Shown here: piece by piece, positions 14,641 through 27,337 of the stretch
Position numbering within the stretch: position 1 is the first letter of the stretch
Layout: every line of letters starts with the position of its first letter
Origin: the human T2T-CHM13v2.0 reference genome, Homo sapiens
Strand: one strand, 5' to 3'
Length of the DNA: 64,000 nucleotides
NCBI RefSeq assembly: GCF_009914755.1
Contig: NC_060929.1
Position numbers and translations under genes: made by a program
The notes under the pieces: model-generated
The model's database searches: none
Told to the model about the DNA's origin: nothing
The model's input: the letters and a program-made list of their open reading frames with translations, nothing else

Positions 14641-14854
14641 CTTACATGTTTGTTCAAAAGTTTAGGAGAATATTTCCTCCTTTATGTTACTAGACTAATG
14701 TCTGTCAAAAGTCATAAGATTGATATTGAAGAATGAAAATGAATAAACCTTCTTAAATGGTATGCCACCTCTAAAGGATTGACTTCAAAAATATTTTTAC
14801 GTGGGAGTCAAAAGAATGGCAATAATGATAGATAATAACAGCAGTAGTAACAAA

Positions 14855-15375
14855 AACAATAAACATTTACATAGTGTCTACTGTGTGCCAGGTACTGCTC
14901 CAATCCCTTTGGATATATTATTCACTCAATGTTCAAGGCAGCCTGTAAGGTGTTTACTTTATTATTGCCATTTTACAGATGGAAGTTAGATATTTTGTCT
15001 GGGGTCACCAAACTAGTAAGTGATGAAGCTTGAAATCAAACCTTGGCCATGAGGCTTAAGAAGTTGTGCTCTTAACCAATATGCTCCATCCTCTGCATAT
15101 CTCATGATTTGGTTATGCTGTGGAGGTCCATAATGAGAAGCAACATAGTTAAGTTGGCTTAAACCATGGGCTTTTGAGGCAGACACTGCACAGCACTGGC
15201 AAAGGAATCATTTAGGTGAATTAATTACCCTTTCTGGGGCTTAGTTTTCTCATCCAAAAAAATGGAATGTAAAATATATTACTATAAGGTTGTTGGTAAG
15301 ACTAAATTAAGAAATGTTTACAAAATGTTGAACACATGGATCTTACATAAGTACCCAATCATTGGTAGCTATAAT
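14855..15375. mobile_element. Two MIR SINEs in opposite orientation
   Basis: Cores ccattttacagatggaag at ~14970 and ttagttttctcatccaaaaaaatgg at ~15240. Confidence 0.7.
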
Positions 15376-15779
15376 TATTTTAAGTGTTAAAGCATTAGAC
15401 AGTCAAGAAGCCTAAAAAATGAAAAATTATTGGCAAACAGGACTGTCTAGAATGCATTGGCAGGTTAGATTTCAGCAGTTATAGGACTGTGTAGCAAATA
15501 CAACAGCCAACATAAATAATTTTAAGGAAGCTAGAAATGAAAGAAATTAAAAATTAACGAGAAATTAATTACCATTGAGAAACATAATTACAAATGACAA
15601 AAAGGGATGGCTTTTGCTTATGGACTATATACGTACATTCTTTCCTAATTATCATGGGAATTGTGTGCAAGCCACTGAGAAGAAGCTATAGACCAATGTG
15701 TATTGAGTAATATACGCCAAAATCTATGAAGGAAACTGATAGGATTGGGAGCTGGAAGAAGACAAAAATTTGGCCACTG

Positions 15780-15880
15780 TGCCCATGGAGTAGCCATTGT
15801 TTTATTCCTTTACGGCCCTAACAAACTTGCTTTCACTTACTCTGGGGACTTGCCCCAGATTCTTTCTTGTGCGAGGTCCA
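15780..15880 (+). mobile_element. MER41-like LTR fragment (R/U5 part)
   Basis: atggagtagccattgttttattcctttac...aaacttgctttcactt...ttctttcttgtgcgaggtcca; same motif as the copy at 55460-55515. Confidence 0.7.
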
Positions 15881-16297
15881 TTTAAAAGAAAAAGAAAAAT
15901 TCAATAACCTTTCTGAAGATTGCAGAGTCACAGAGTGTTAGAACTGGAAAGGAACACTATGCCTGGTTCTTCTTCACTGCCACTAGAATTGAGACCCACT
16001 GCCCTAAATAATTTCCTAGTATTCCAGATGAATGCCCTGGTCTGGTTCAGAAAACTTATCATACTACATGGCTTGTAAGTTGGAGAGAGGCAGTATAATA
16101 TATTGGAAAGAAAGTTAGAAATGTCAGTAGTTTGATATTGGAGTCCTAACTCCCCTGGTGATTTAGCTGTATGCTCTTGTGCAACATGCTTAATTCAGCT
16201 GTCTTGGTTTCTTCTGTGTGTTTACTACCTTGTCCACAGAAACTAAGAAATAAATCTCATTTTTTTTCCTGTTAAAAACGAATTAAAGTTTACTAAC

Positions 16298-16995
<698 letters not shown>

Positions 16996-17092
16996 TACCC
17001 CTTCTTATTTTACCTTAATTCTACATAATGTTTTTGTTTAAGATATTCCTTTAAAGGGCTATGCCATAATGTTAAGCAAAAAACAAAGCAGG

Positions 17093-17400
17093 GGACTGGT
17101 GGGGTAGCTCACACTTGTAATCCCAGTACTTTGGGAGGCCAGGGCAGGAGGATCACTTTATCCCAGGAGTTTGAGACCAGCCCTGGCCATGTACCAAGAC
17201 CCAGTTTCTACAAAAAAACAAAAATAAAAAAATTAGCTGGGCATGTTGGCCTGCACTGTAGTCCCAGCTACTCAGAAGTCTGAGGTGGGAGGGTCACTTG
17301 AGCCTGGGAGGTCAAGGCTGCAGTGAGCCATGGTTGTGCCACTGCACTCCAGCCTGAGCAACTGGGCAAGACCCTGTCTCAAACAAACAAACATAAAACA
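17093..17400 (+). mobile_element. AluJ
   Basis: Diverged dimer flanked by caaagcagg repeats. Confidence 0.9.
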
Positions 17401-17746
17401 CCAAAGCAGGCTATATGAGTATCTTTACAGATAATTAAATCATTGATCACAATCAAAAGAATTGCAAGAAAACATATCAAAGATTTACAAAGATCTTTTT
17501 TTCTACTAAATACTTAAAATAAGCATGAATTTCTTTTATTACAATAAATAAACAACACTGTTTCCCCTTAGGATAAATATATACATTTGCCAAGGTAGCC
17601 ATACTCTCAGATGGGTTTTCACATTCATTTTGTGAAAATAGCTATTCTCATACTGATACTAGATCCACCTACAATTCCAAAGTTTTCTAGGATAGACAAC
17701 ACCGTATTGAAGTTCTTACCACTTTTCCTGAATTTCTATCTAAATT

Positions 17747-20138
17747 CCAAATCTCATCTCAAATTGTAATCCCCACGTGGGAGGGGATTACAGGGTGGGA
17801 CCTGGTGGGAGGTGATTGGATAATGGGAGTGGATTTCCCCCTTGCTGTTCTTATGATAGTGAGTGAGTTCTCACAAGATCTGGTTGTTTAATGTGTCTGG
17901 AGCTTCTCCCTTCTTTCTCCTGTCACCATGTAAGACATGCCTTACTTCCCCTTTACCTTCCACCATGATTGCAAGTTTCCTGGGTCCTCCCTAGCCATGT
18001 GGAACTGTGAGTTAATTAAACATTCTTTCTTTACAAATTACCCAGTCCCAGGTAGTACATTTATAGCAGTGTAAGAAAAGACTAATACAGAGAATTGGTA
18101 CGAGCAGAGTAAGGTACTGCTATAAAGATAGCCTGAAAATGTGGAAGCAACTTTGGAACTGGGTAATAGGCAGAGGTTGGAACAGTTTGGAGGGCTCAGA
18201 AGAAGACAGGAAGATGTGGGAAAGTTTGAAACTTCCTAGAGCCTTGTTGAATGGTTTTAACCAACATGCTGATAGTTATATGGACAGTGAAGTCTAGGCT
18301 AAGGCTGAGTTGGTCTCAGGTGGAGATGAGGATCTTACTGGGAACTGGAGTAAAGGTCACTTTTGCTATGCTTTAGCAAAGAGACTGGCAGCATTTTGCC
18401 CCTGCCCTAGAGATCTGTGGAACTTTGAACTTGTGAGAGATGATTTATGGTACCTGGCAGAAGAAATTTCGAAGCAGCAAAGCATTCAAGAGGTGACCTG
18501 GTTTATTCTGAAAGTGTTCAGTTATATGCATTCACAAAGAGATGGTTTGAAATGGGAACTTATGTTTAAAAGGGAAGCAAACTATAAAGATTTGGAAATT
18601 TTGCTGCCTGACCATGTGGTAGAAAAGAAAAACCCATTTTCTGAGGAGGAATGCAAGCCCACTGCAGAAATTTGCATAAGTAATGAGAAGATGAATATTA
18701 ATAACCAAGACAATGAGGAAAATATCTCCACGGCACGTCAGAGATCTTTGTGGCAGCCCCTCCCATCACAGGCCCAGAGGTCTAGGAGGGAAAAATGGCT
18801 TCGTGAGCCATTCCAGGCCCCCTGCTGCTCTGTGCGGCTTCAGGCCTTGATGTCCTGTGTCCCAGCTGCTCTAGCCCCAGATGTGGCTAAAAGGGGTCAA
18901 GGAACAGCTCAGGCTGTTGCTTCAGAGGGTGAAAGCCCCAAGCCTTGGCGGCTTCCACATGGTGTTGGGCCTGTGGGTGTGCAGAAAAGAATTGAGCTTC
19001 GAGAACCTCCACCTAGATTTCAGAGTATATATGGAAATGCCTGGATGTCCAGGCAAAAGTCTGCTGCAGGAACATAGCCCCCATGGAGAACCTCTACACA
19101 GGCAATGCAGAGGGGAAATATGGGGTTGGAGCCCCCACACAGAGTCTCCACTGGAGCACTGCCTAGGGGAACTGAGAAGAGGGCCACTGTCCTCCAGACC
19201 CCAGAATGCTAGATCCACTGACAGCTTGCACCTTGAGCTTGGAAAAACCACAGGCATTCAGCGCCAGTGTGTGAAAACAGACACAGGGGCTGTACCCATT
19301 AGATCCACAGGAGCAGAGCTGCCTAAGGCTGTGGGAGCCCACTCATTGCATCAGCATGCCCTGTATGTGAGACCTGGAGTCAAAGGAGATGTTAGAGCTT
19401 TAAGATTTATTGACTGCCCGGCCAGGTGTCAGGCTTGTATAGGGCCTGTGTCCTCTTTTTTTTTTATTTTTATTTTTGGCCAATTTCTCCCATTTGGAAT
19501 GGGAACATTTACCCAATGTTGTACCCCAATTGTATCTTGGAAGGAACAAACTTGTTTTTGATTTTATAGGCTCATAGGTGGGAGGGACTTGCCTTGTCTC
19601 AGATGAGATTTTGGAATTGGACTTTTGAGTTAATGCTGGAATGATTTAAGACTTTGGGGGATGGCTGGGAAGGCATGATTGGTTTTGAAATGTGAAAGGG
19701 ACATGAGATTTGGGAAGGGCCAGAGGCAGAATGATATGGTTTGGCCGTGTGTCCCCACCGAAATCTCATCTCAAATTGTAATCCCCACGTATTGAGGAAG
19801 AGATTGGGTGGGAAGTGATTGGATCATGGGGGTGGATTTCTCCCTCACTGTTTTTGTGATAGTGAGTTCTCTTGAGATCTGGTTGTTTGATAAATGTCTG
19901 GCACTTCTCTCTCTCTCTCTGTCTCTCTCTCTCTCTTTCTCTTCCCCACCAACCCCGCTTTCACTCTCCTGCTGCCATGTACAATGTACCTTTCTTCCCC
20001 TTTACCTTCCTCCATGATTGCAAGTTTCCTGGGGCCTCCCTAGCTATGTGGAACTGTGAGTTAATTAATCCTCCTTTCTTTACAAATTATCCAGTCTCAG
20101 GTAGTATCTTTATAGCAGTGTGAGAACAGACTAATACA
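17747..20138 (+). mobile_element. MaLR provirus (MSTA/THE1D-like): 5' LTR ~17747-18089 lacking its first ~25 bp, internal region, 3' LTR 19732-20138
   Basis: Two homologous LTRs (aaatctcatctcaaattgtaatccccacgt...gactaataca). Internal region starts aattggtac; a purine tract precedes tgatatggtttgg. Confidence 0.92.
18139..19561 (+). pseudogene. MaLR internal ORF remnant
   Basis: MWKQLWNWV...GNWSKGHFCYALAKRLAAFCPCPRDLWNFEL... matches the THE1/MST internal ORF. In-frame TAG at 18295 and 19075; frameshift near 19172. Confidence 0.8.
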
Positions 20139-21005
20139 GTCTATGAACTTGACGAGTTTTAGATACCTCATATAAGTGGAACCATACAGTATATGACTTT
20201 CCATGACTGGCTTATTCACTTAGCATAGTGTTTCAGTGTTCAACCATGTTTTTGCATATTGCAACATTTCCTTCTTTTTTTAAGGCTGTATAGTACCCAT
20301 TATATGTTTATCCCACATTTTCTTTATGCATTAACCTGTTAATGGACATTTGGGTTGTTTCCACAAGTTGCCTAGTGTGAATAGTGCTACAGTGAACATA
20401 GGAAATCTAATATCTATTTGAGATCCTGATTTTAATTCTTTTGGAGAAATACTCGAGTGGGATCACTGGATCATATGGCAGTTCTATTTTTATTATTTAA
20501 AGACCCTTTATACTCTTCTCTATAGTGGCTATACCATTTTTCATTATCATCAACAGTATGCAGGGGTTCCCTTTTCTCCACACCCTCACTAACATTTGTT
20601 GTCTTTTGGTTTCTTTTGGTAATAGCCATTCTGATAGGTGTGAGGTGATATCTCACTCTGGTTTTAATTTACATTTCTCTGTTCATTAGTGACATTCAAA
20701 ATTTTTATATACCTGTTGTTCATTTGCATGTCTTCTTTGGAAAAATGTCTATTCAGTCCTTAGCCCATTTTTAAATTGGGTTATTTTTTACTACTGAGTT
20801 GTAGGAGCTCCTTATATACTTTGGAGATTAACCCCTTATCAGAGATATGGTTTGCAAATATGTTCTCCCTTTCTATAGATTACCTTTACACGCTGTTGAT
20901 TGTTTTCTTTGCCGTATAGAAGTTGTTTGAGTTTGATTAGTCCCACTTATTTATTTTTGTTTCTGTTGCCCATGCTTTTGTTGTCATATTCATGAAATCA
21001 TTCCT
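20139..21005 (-). mobile_element. L1MA/MB 3' region
   Basis: gatacctcatataagtgg...tggcttattcacttagcata; minus-strand ORF MRYHLTPIRMA corresponds to the ORF2 C-terminus. Confidence 0.85.
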
Positions 21006-21287
21006 AAGGAGACCCTGAAGTTCTTAACATTCAATAATCTCATTTCATCACTCTGAGATATTAGTTTAACCATGAGGTGGATGAAATGGCTAATAATTTT
21101 GAGGAATAATTTTATAATGATGATTCATGCTTTATGGGTGTTTTGTCTGATTTTGCTTTTGGAAAATTTATCATTTCTTCTTCTAGTTAAATATAATTTT
21201 TAAGGAAAGTATTTGAGTATTATTTTGACCCATGTATATGGTTCTCCCAGCAGCACCTTAGATGTAGGTACTTTATAAATAGTATAC

Positions 21288-21443
21288 TTCAGGGCTTGCT
21301 ACTCAAGGTGGGATTCATAGATAAGTGGCATTGGCATCACCTGAAAACTTGTTAGAAACATACGTACCTACTGAATTATAATCTGCATGTTAATACATTC
21401 CCCAGGTGACTCATATGCTCTTTAATGTTTGAGAATCATTGCT
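21288..21443. mobile_element. MER5A MITE
   Basis: ctactcaag...ggcatcacctgaaaacttgttagaaa...tccccaggtgactc...gtttgagaatcattg. Confidence 0.75.
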
Positions 21444-21615
21444 TTCAGCTGTTTTGTTCTCAGCTTATTTCAGCTTTATAGACAGCTTACTTTGCTCCTA
21501 GTAGTAATTGCTTTTGCTGCACGTTACATTTTCCTGTCTGCTAGTAGATAATGCACTTTTTTGGAAGAGCTTGCTTTTTAAAATGTGTCTGGTTTGAAAC
21601 AAGAATGGAGTAGTC

Positions 21616-21645
21616 TATTTCAAAAGACAATTGTCTTTTGAAATA
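21616..21645. repeat. Perfect 30-bp palindrome with no spacer
   Basis: TATTTCAAAAGACAA|TTGTCTTTTGAAATA. Confidence 0.95.
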
Positions 21646-22759
21646 ACGTTTCTCAGTTGAGTTAAGAGCTGTTGTATTGATTATGGCATTTTAGAGGTAG
21701 CTGAATTATTAATTTGGCTTCATTTGGCAGATAGAACAGTTTAAAATCAGCGATTTTATGAAACATGGTGTTTTATGTCATGAGTCTGTTATCATTGTCT
21801 TAAATATATGCTAGTGCTAATAAATATATCTCCTTGGATATAAATAACGATCATCTTAAAAAATAAACATTACCTTCATCTGAAAATGGTTACTTTGCAA
21901 ATTCATTGTTTCAGGGGAACAGATCTGTACCTTAAATGACAAATGTCATAAAAGTTCTACTTGGCATTACAATTGTTTGCTAAATATAACAAAATGTATT
22001 TTTATGTTACCTTTCCAAATCTTTAATTAAATGTCTAATGTACTGCTCACCTATATACAGGTATTCCTCACTATTTAAACTCAGGAACCAAATGGGTTTG
22101 AACATATTTTCAGAAATACACATTTGCCCTATGTATTCTTGCTCTTCACTCTCTGAACTCATTAACTGAGGAACCAAATAGATTTGAATAGGAAGGGTTC
22201 CCCATGTCCTTCTTCTGCACAAACCATCAGCATAATAGATATCCATAGACTATAATATATAACAGCATTTCATTGTTTGCTTTTCTCAAAATCTTAACAA
22301 AATGTTCTCATAGTATATTAAATATAGAAATGCCCTATTAACCATATCTTCTTTTTGAAGACTCAAAATGCAGATCAGTATAATAAAGGCTGCAGTAGGT
22401 CCTCTATGAATTAAATCTGATAAAATTTGCTTTATCCAGCATTTTTCACACAACTATATGACAAGGATTAGCAGGCCATATGCCTAAATGAGGAGGACAT
22501 AATATATTTATAATAGAGTCTATGAAAGCCTTACCTAATATGAACCTCAGATTCCTTAAAATCATTACTAAACTTTGTTATTGCAGTTAAACATGCTAAC
22601 ATGTGTACCTGATATGCAGTCATTGGTTTTAGCTTCACAGTGGAAATTGGGTGACAGAGTTACTTCAGCACTTTTAACCATGATGATTCCCTAAAAGTGT
22701 GGTTTTACAATATCCTGTGATATGCCCTCTCAGGTGGCATCACTGATTACTTACCCCCT

Positions 22760-23135
22760 CATTCACTCTCCTATACCTATAATCGTCTTCTCACCATCTT
22801 CCTAGCATACCAAACACTTACTGTTTCTTCTGCCTGGAAGGCTCTGCCCTGAGGTATCCACATAAGTCCCTTACCTCATTCACATCTCTACTCAAATGTC
22901 ACTTCCTTAGAAAGACCCTTATTAGACTACCCTTTCTGAAGTAGTGACCTACCTACCTTACATCTACATTCTTAATTTCTCTACTTAGTGTGGTTTTTCT
23001 TCATAGTACTTATTGCCACCTAATACATATTTTAATCTTTTTCTACCCTACTGGACTATAAACCTCACAAGAAAAAGGTGTTTTGGGTTGTATTTACTAC
23101 TGTACAAATAATAATTCAATGTTATTGAATGAATG
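22760..23135. mobile_element. L2 3' fragment
   Basis: tctgcctggaag...tctctactcaaatgtcacttcc...gttattgaatgaatga. Confidence 0.7.
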
Positions 23136-23244
23136 ACATTTTATTAAGTATATATAAATGAGATTCATATGTTGGTCTCTCCCAGTTGTATTTTTAACAT
23201 TAGATACATGATTTGGAACTATGCAAATATAATACAAATACAAT

Positions 23245-23673
23245 AGTGGAAGACATTGTTAGTTCACTAACTTAGCACCTATTTCCAGCCTCCTTCTTTG
23301 CCTGCCTTTACTGTAGAAGACCCCTTCCCAAAAAACAAAGACACAAATTCTAAATATTTTACTCATTTTGCCAGTCTCCTTGTAGCTAGGATTGACTGTG
23401 TGTCATTATTCAGATCAGTGAGAAATAAGCAGACATCTGCTGGGGTCTTCTGGGAAAGCTTTCTCTTATGTACAAAAGGGACAGATGTGGCTGATCCAGA
23501 CACCTTTTCTTTCTGTCTTAAACAAGAACCCATTGCCTAAACCTGTGGAAGCCAGTCTTGCAGCCTACAAGTTCAGACATTTTAGTACATAAGGAAATGA
23601 ACCCCAATTTATTTGAGCTGCATATGATAACTTATTCTATTTATTGCATTTGACAGCTTTCTTAACTAATACA
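23245..23673 (+). mobile_element. Old MaLR/ERVL-type LTR
   Basis: gccagtctccttgtagctagg...ttcttaactaataca terminus. Confidence 0.5.
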
Positions 23674-26224
23674 AAAGTCTTTGGGAGGAGGGTATGCTCA
23701 GTATTTGGCACACAGTAGATGAGTCTTATACATCAATTTGAACAACTATCTGTGTACTAAAATATCTTCATAAGAGCTAAGGAAACCAGGTGAAAAGCTG
23801 TAGTACTTGGTTGTAGCACAATAATAATATTAATTTTAAAAAGACTCATTGAAGAGGGTAGGAAGGACAGTTTTTCATTACCCACATTACTCCTCCGCAA
23901 ACCCTAGGCAGCACAACACAGAGAGAGATACTGTTTTCCTGGGGGAAAAAGAGGGAAGTGAGCACAAGACTTTGCCATGGATGCTAACACCAGGCCCACC
24001 ACAGCATTCAGCAGAACCCCACAGCCCCATGTTCCAGGCTGGTACTCACTGACAGATCCTCTAAAACCACCCTCAAGCTTACATGGTTGACTTAGTCTCT
24101 AGTCCTCCCACCCTCCTGCACTGGACTGATTCCACTGGCCTCAGGTTCCAGAAAGCCCTCAGTGGCAGGCAGCTCTCAGAGGCCCCAGCCTTCTGACACA
24201 ATCCAGTGCTATGCTGTTTACATCTGTCCTGGGTTTCAGCCCTACCCTACTGCCATGTCTGCCATATTGGGCTCTGGGCTTCTGTCAGCCCTACACTGAT
24301 CGTGGCTGCTTCTGGCACCCCAGCACCACCTACATCTGCCACAGAGCTTTCCCAGACAAAGCCAGTCTGTGAAGACTGGAATAAGTAACTCCTACTTCAG
24401 CTGTGCAGAGATCAGTGCATGAGAACAGAGATCAAGAACAATCAGAGAAATGTAATATAACCAGATGGACAACATAAGGTGTCAGTGACCCTAATTAAAT
24501 GCATGTATGAAGTGCCTGACAACTCAAAATCACTGTTTTTAAGAAGCTCACTGAACCTCAGAAAATACAGAGAAACAATTAAAAAAACTGAAGGAAACTG
24601 TAAGTGACCAGGACGAGAAATGTAATAAGGTGAAGTAATAATACTATAATCAAAACAGATATTTTGGAGCTGAAAAGTTTTGGGCATCATCAAAAGAACA
24701 AATCTTCAAGTTATAGGAGTTCAAGAATGAGAAGAGAAAGATAAAGGGAAAGAAAGCTTATCTAAAGAAACCTTTCAACCTGGAAAAAGATGTAAATAAT
24801 ACAGGTAAAGGAAAGACAAAGATCTCGAATCAGATTCAATCCAAGTAAGACTGCCTCAAGACATATAATAATCACATTATTGGGATCCCAGATTGAAGAT
24901 GGCCGAATAGGAACAGCTCCGGTCTGCAGCTCCCAATAAGATGAACACAGAAGGTGGGTGATTTCTGCATTTCCAACTGAGTTACCCAGTTCATCTCACT
25001 GGAACTGGTTAGAGAGTGGGTGCAGCCCACAGAGGGTGAGCCAAAGCAGGGTGGGGCATCACCTCACCTGAGAAGCACAAAGGGTCAGGGAAGTCCCTCC
25101 CCTAGCCAAGGGAAGCGTGAGGGACTGTGACTTGAGGAACAGTGCACTCTGGCCCAGATACTACACTTTTCCCACAGTCTTTGCAACCTGTTGACCAGGA
25201 GATTCCCTCAGGTGCCTACACCAACAGAGCCCTGGGTTTCAAGCACAAAACTGGGTGGCCATTTGAGCAGACATTGAGCTACCTGCAGGAGATTTTTTTT
25301 CATACCACAGTGGCACCTGGAATGCCAGTGAGACAGAACCGTTCACTCCCCTGGAAAGGGGGCTGAAGTCAGGGAGCCAAGTGGTCTAGCTCAGTGGATC
25401 CCACCCCCATGGAGCCAGCTAAGATTCACTGGCTCAAAATTATTGCTGCCAGCACAGCAGTCTGAAGTTGACCTGGGACTCTCAAGCTTGGTCAGGGGAG
25501 GGGTGTCTGCCATAACTGAGGCTTGAGTAGGCGGTTTTCCCCTCATAATGTAAACAAAGACGCCTGGAAGTTTGAACTGGGTGGGGCTCACTGCAGCTCA
25601 GCAAAGCTGCTGTAGCCAGACTGCCTCTCTAGATTCCTTCTCACTGGACAGGGCATCTCTGAAAGAAAGGCAGCAGCCCCAGTCATGGGCTTATAGATAC
25701 TTCTATACTCCCATCACCCTAGGACAGAGCAGCTGGGGGAAGGGGTGGCTGTGGGCACAGCTTCAGCAGACTGAAACGTTCCTGCCTGCCAGCTCTGAAG
25801 AGAGCAGCGGATCTCCCATCACAGTGCTCAAGCTCTGCTAAGGGACAGACTGCCTCCTCAAGTGGGTCCCTGACCCCCGAGTCTCCTGACTGGGACACAC
25901 CTCCCAGCAGGGTGGACAGACACCTCATACAGGACAGTTCTGGCTAGCATCTGGTGGGTGCCCCTCTGGGACAAAGCTTCCAGAGAAAGGAACAGGCAGC
26001 AATCTTTGCTGTTCTGCAGTCTTTGCCAGTGATACCCAGGCAAACAGGGTCTGTAGTGGACCTCCAGCAAACTCCAGCAGACCTGCAGCAGAGGGGCCTG
26101 ACTGTTAGAAGGAAAACTAACAAGCAGACAGGAACAGCATCAACATCAACAAAAAGGACGTTCACGTAGAAACCCCATCCAAAGGTCACCAACATCAAAA
26201 CCGAAGGTAGATAAATCCACGAAG

Positions 26225-27246
26225 ATGAGGAAAAAACAGGACAAAAAGGCTGAAAATTCCAAAAACCAGAATGCCTCTTCTCCTCCAAAGGATCACAACT
26301 CCTTACCAGCAAGGGAACAAAACTGGATGGAGAATGAGTTTGATGAATTGACAGAAGTAGGCTTCAGAAGGTGGGTAATAACAAACTCTTCCAAGCTAAA
26401 GGAGCATATTCTAACCCAACGCAAGGAAGCTAAGAACCTTGAAAAAAAGAGAAATTGCTAACTAGAATAACAAGTTTGGAGAGGAACATAAATGACCTGA
26501 TGGAGCTGAAAAAAAACAGCATGAAAAGTTTGTGAAGCATACACAAGTATCAATAGCCAAATCAATCAAGTCGAAGAAAGGATATCAGAGATTGAAGGTC
26601 AACTTAATGAAATAAGGTATGAAGACAACATTAGAGAAAAAAGAATGAAAAGGAACAAACAAAAGACTCCAAGAAATGGGACTATGTGAAAAGACCAAAC
26701 CTACATTTGATTGGTGTACCTGAAAGTGACGGGGAGAATGGAACCAAGTTGAAAAACACTCTTCAAGATATTATCCAGGAGAACTTCCCCAACCTAGCAA
26801 GACAGGCCAACATTCAAATTCAGGAAATACAGAGAGCACCACAAAGATATTCCTCAAGAAGAGCAACCCCAAGACACATAATCCTCAGATTCACCAAGGT
26901 TGAAATGAAGGAAAAAACGTTAAGGGCAGCCAGAGAGAAAGGTCGGGTTACCCACAAAGGGAAGCCCATGAGACTAACAGTGGATTTCTCTGCAGAAAGC
27001 CTACAAGCCAGAAGAGAGTGAGGGCAAATATTCAACATTCTTAAAGAAAAGAATTTTCAACACAGAATTTCATATTCAGCCAAACTAAGCTTCATAAGCA
27101 AAGGAGAAATAAAATCCTTTACAGACAAGAAAATTCTGAGAGATTTTGTCACCACCAGGCCTGCCTTACAAGTGCTCCTGAAGGAAGCACTAAATATCGA
27201 ATGGAAAAACTGGTACCAGCCGCTGCAAAAACATACCAAATTGTAA
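26225..27246 (+). pseudogene. L1 ORF1p, disrupted
   Basis: MRKKQDKKAENSKNQNASSPPKD... and KRPNLHLIGVPESDGENG...; frameshifts and stops present. Confidence 0.9.
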
Positions 27247-27337
27247 AGGCCATCAACACTATGAAGAAACTGCAACAACTAATGACACTGTGAAGAAACC
27301 ACATCAACTAACAGGCAAAATAACCAGCTAGCATAAT

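Noticed and set aside
22007-22246. 79-aa minus-strand ORF with a vague resemblance to KHDC-type KH domains
   Set aside because: The similarity is impressionistic; no motif could be verified.
27256-27312. ~29-bp tandem duplication in the L1 inter-ORF spacer
   Set aside because: Ordinary local slippage duplication in a dead element.
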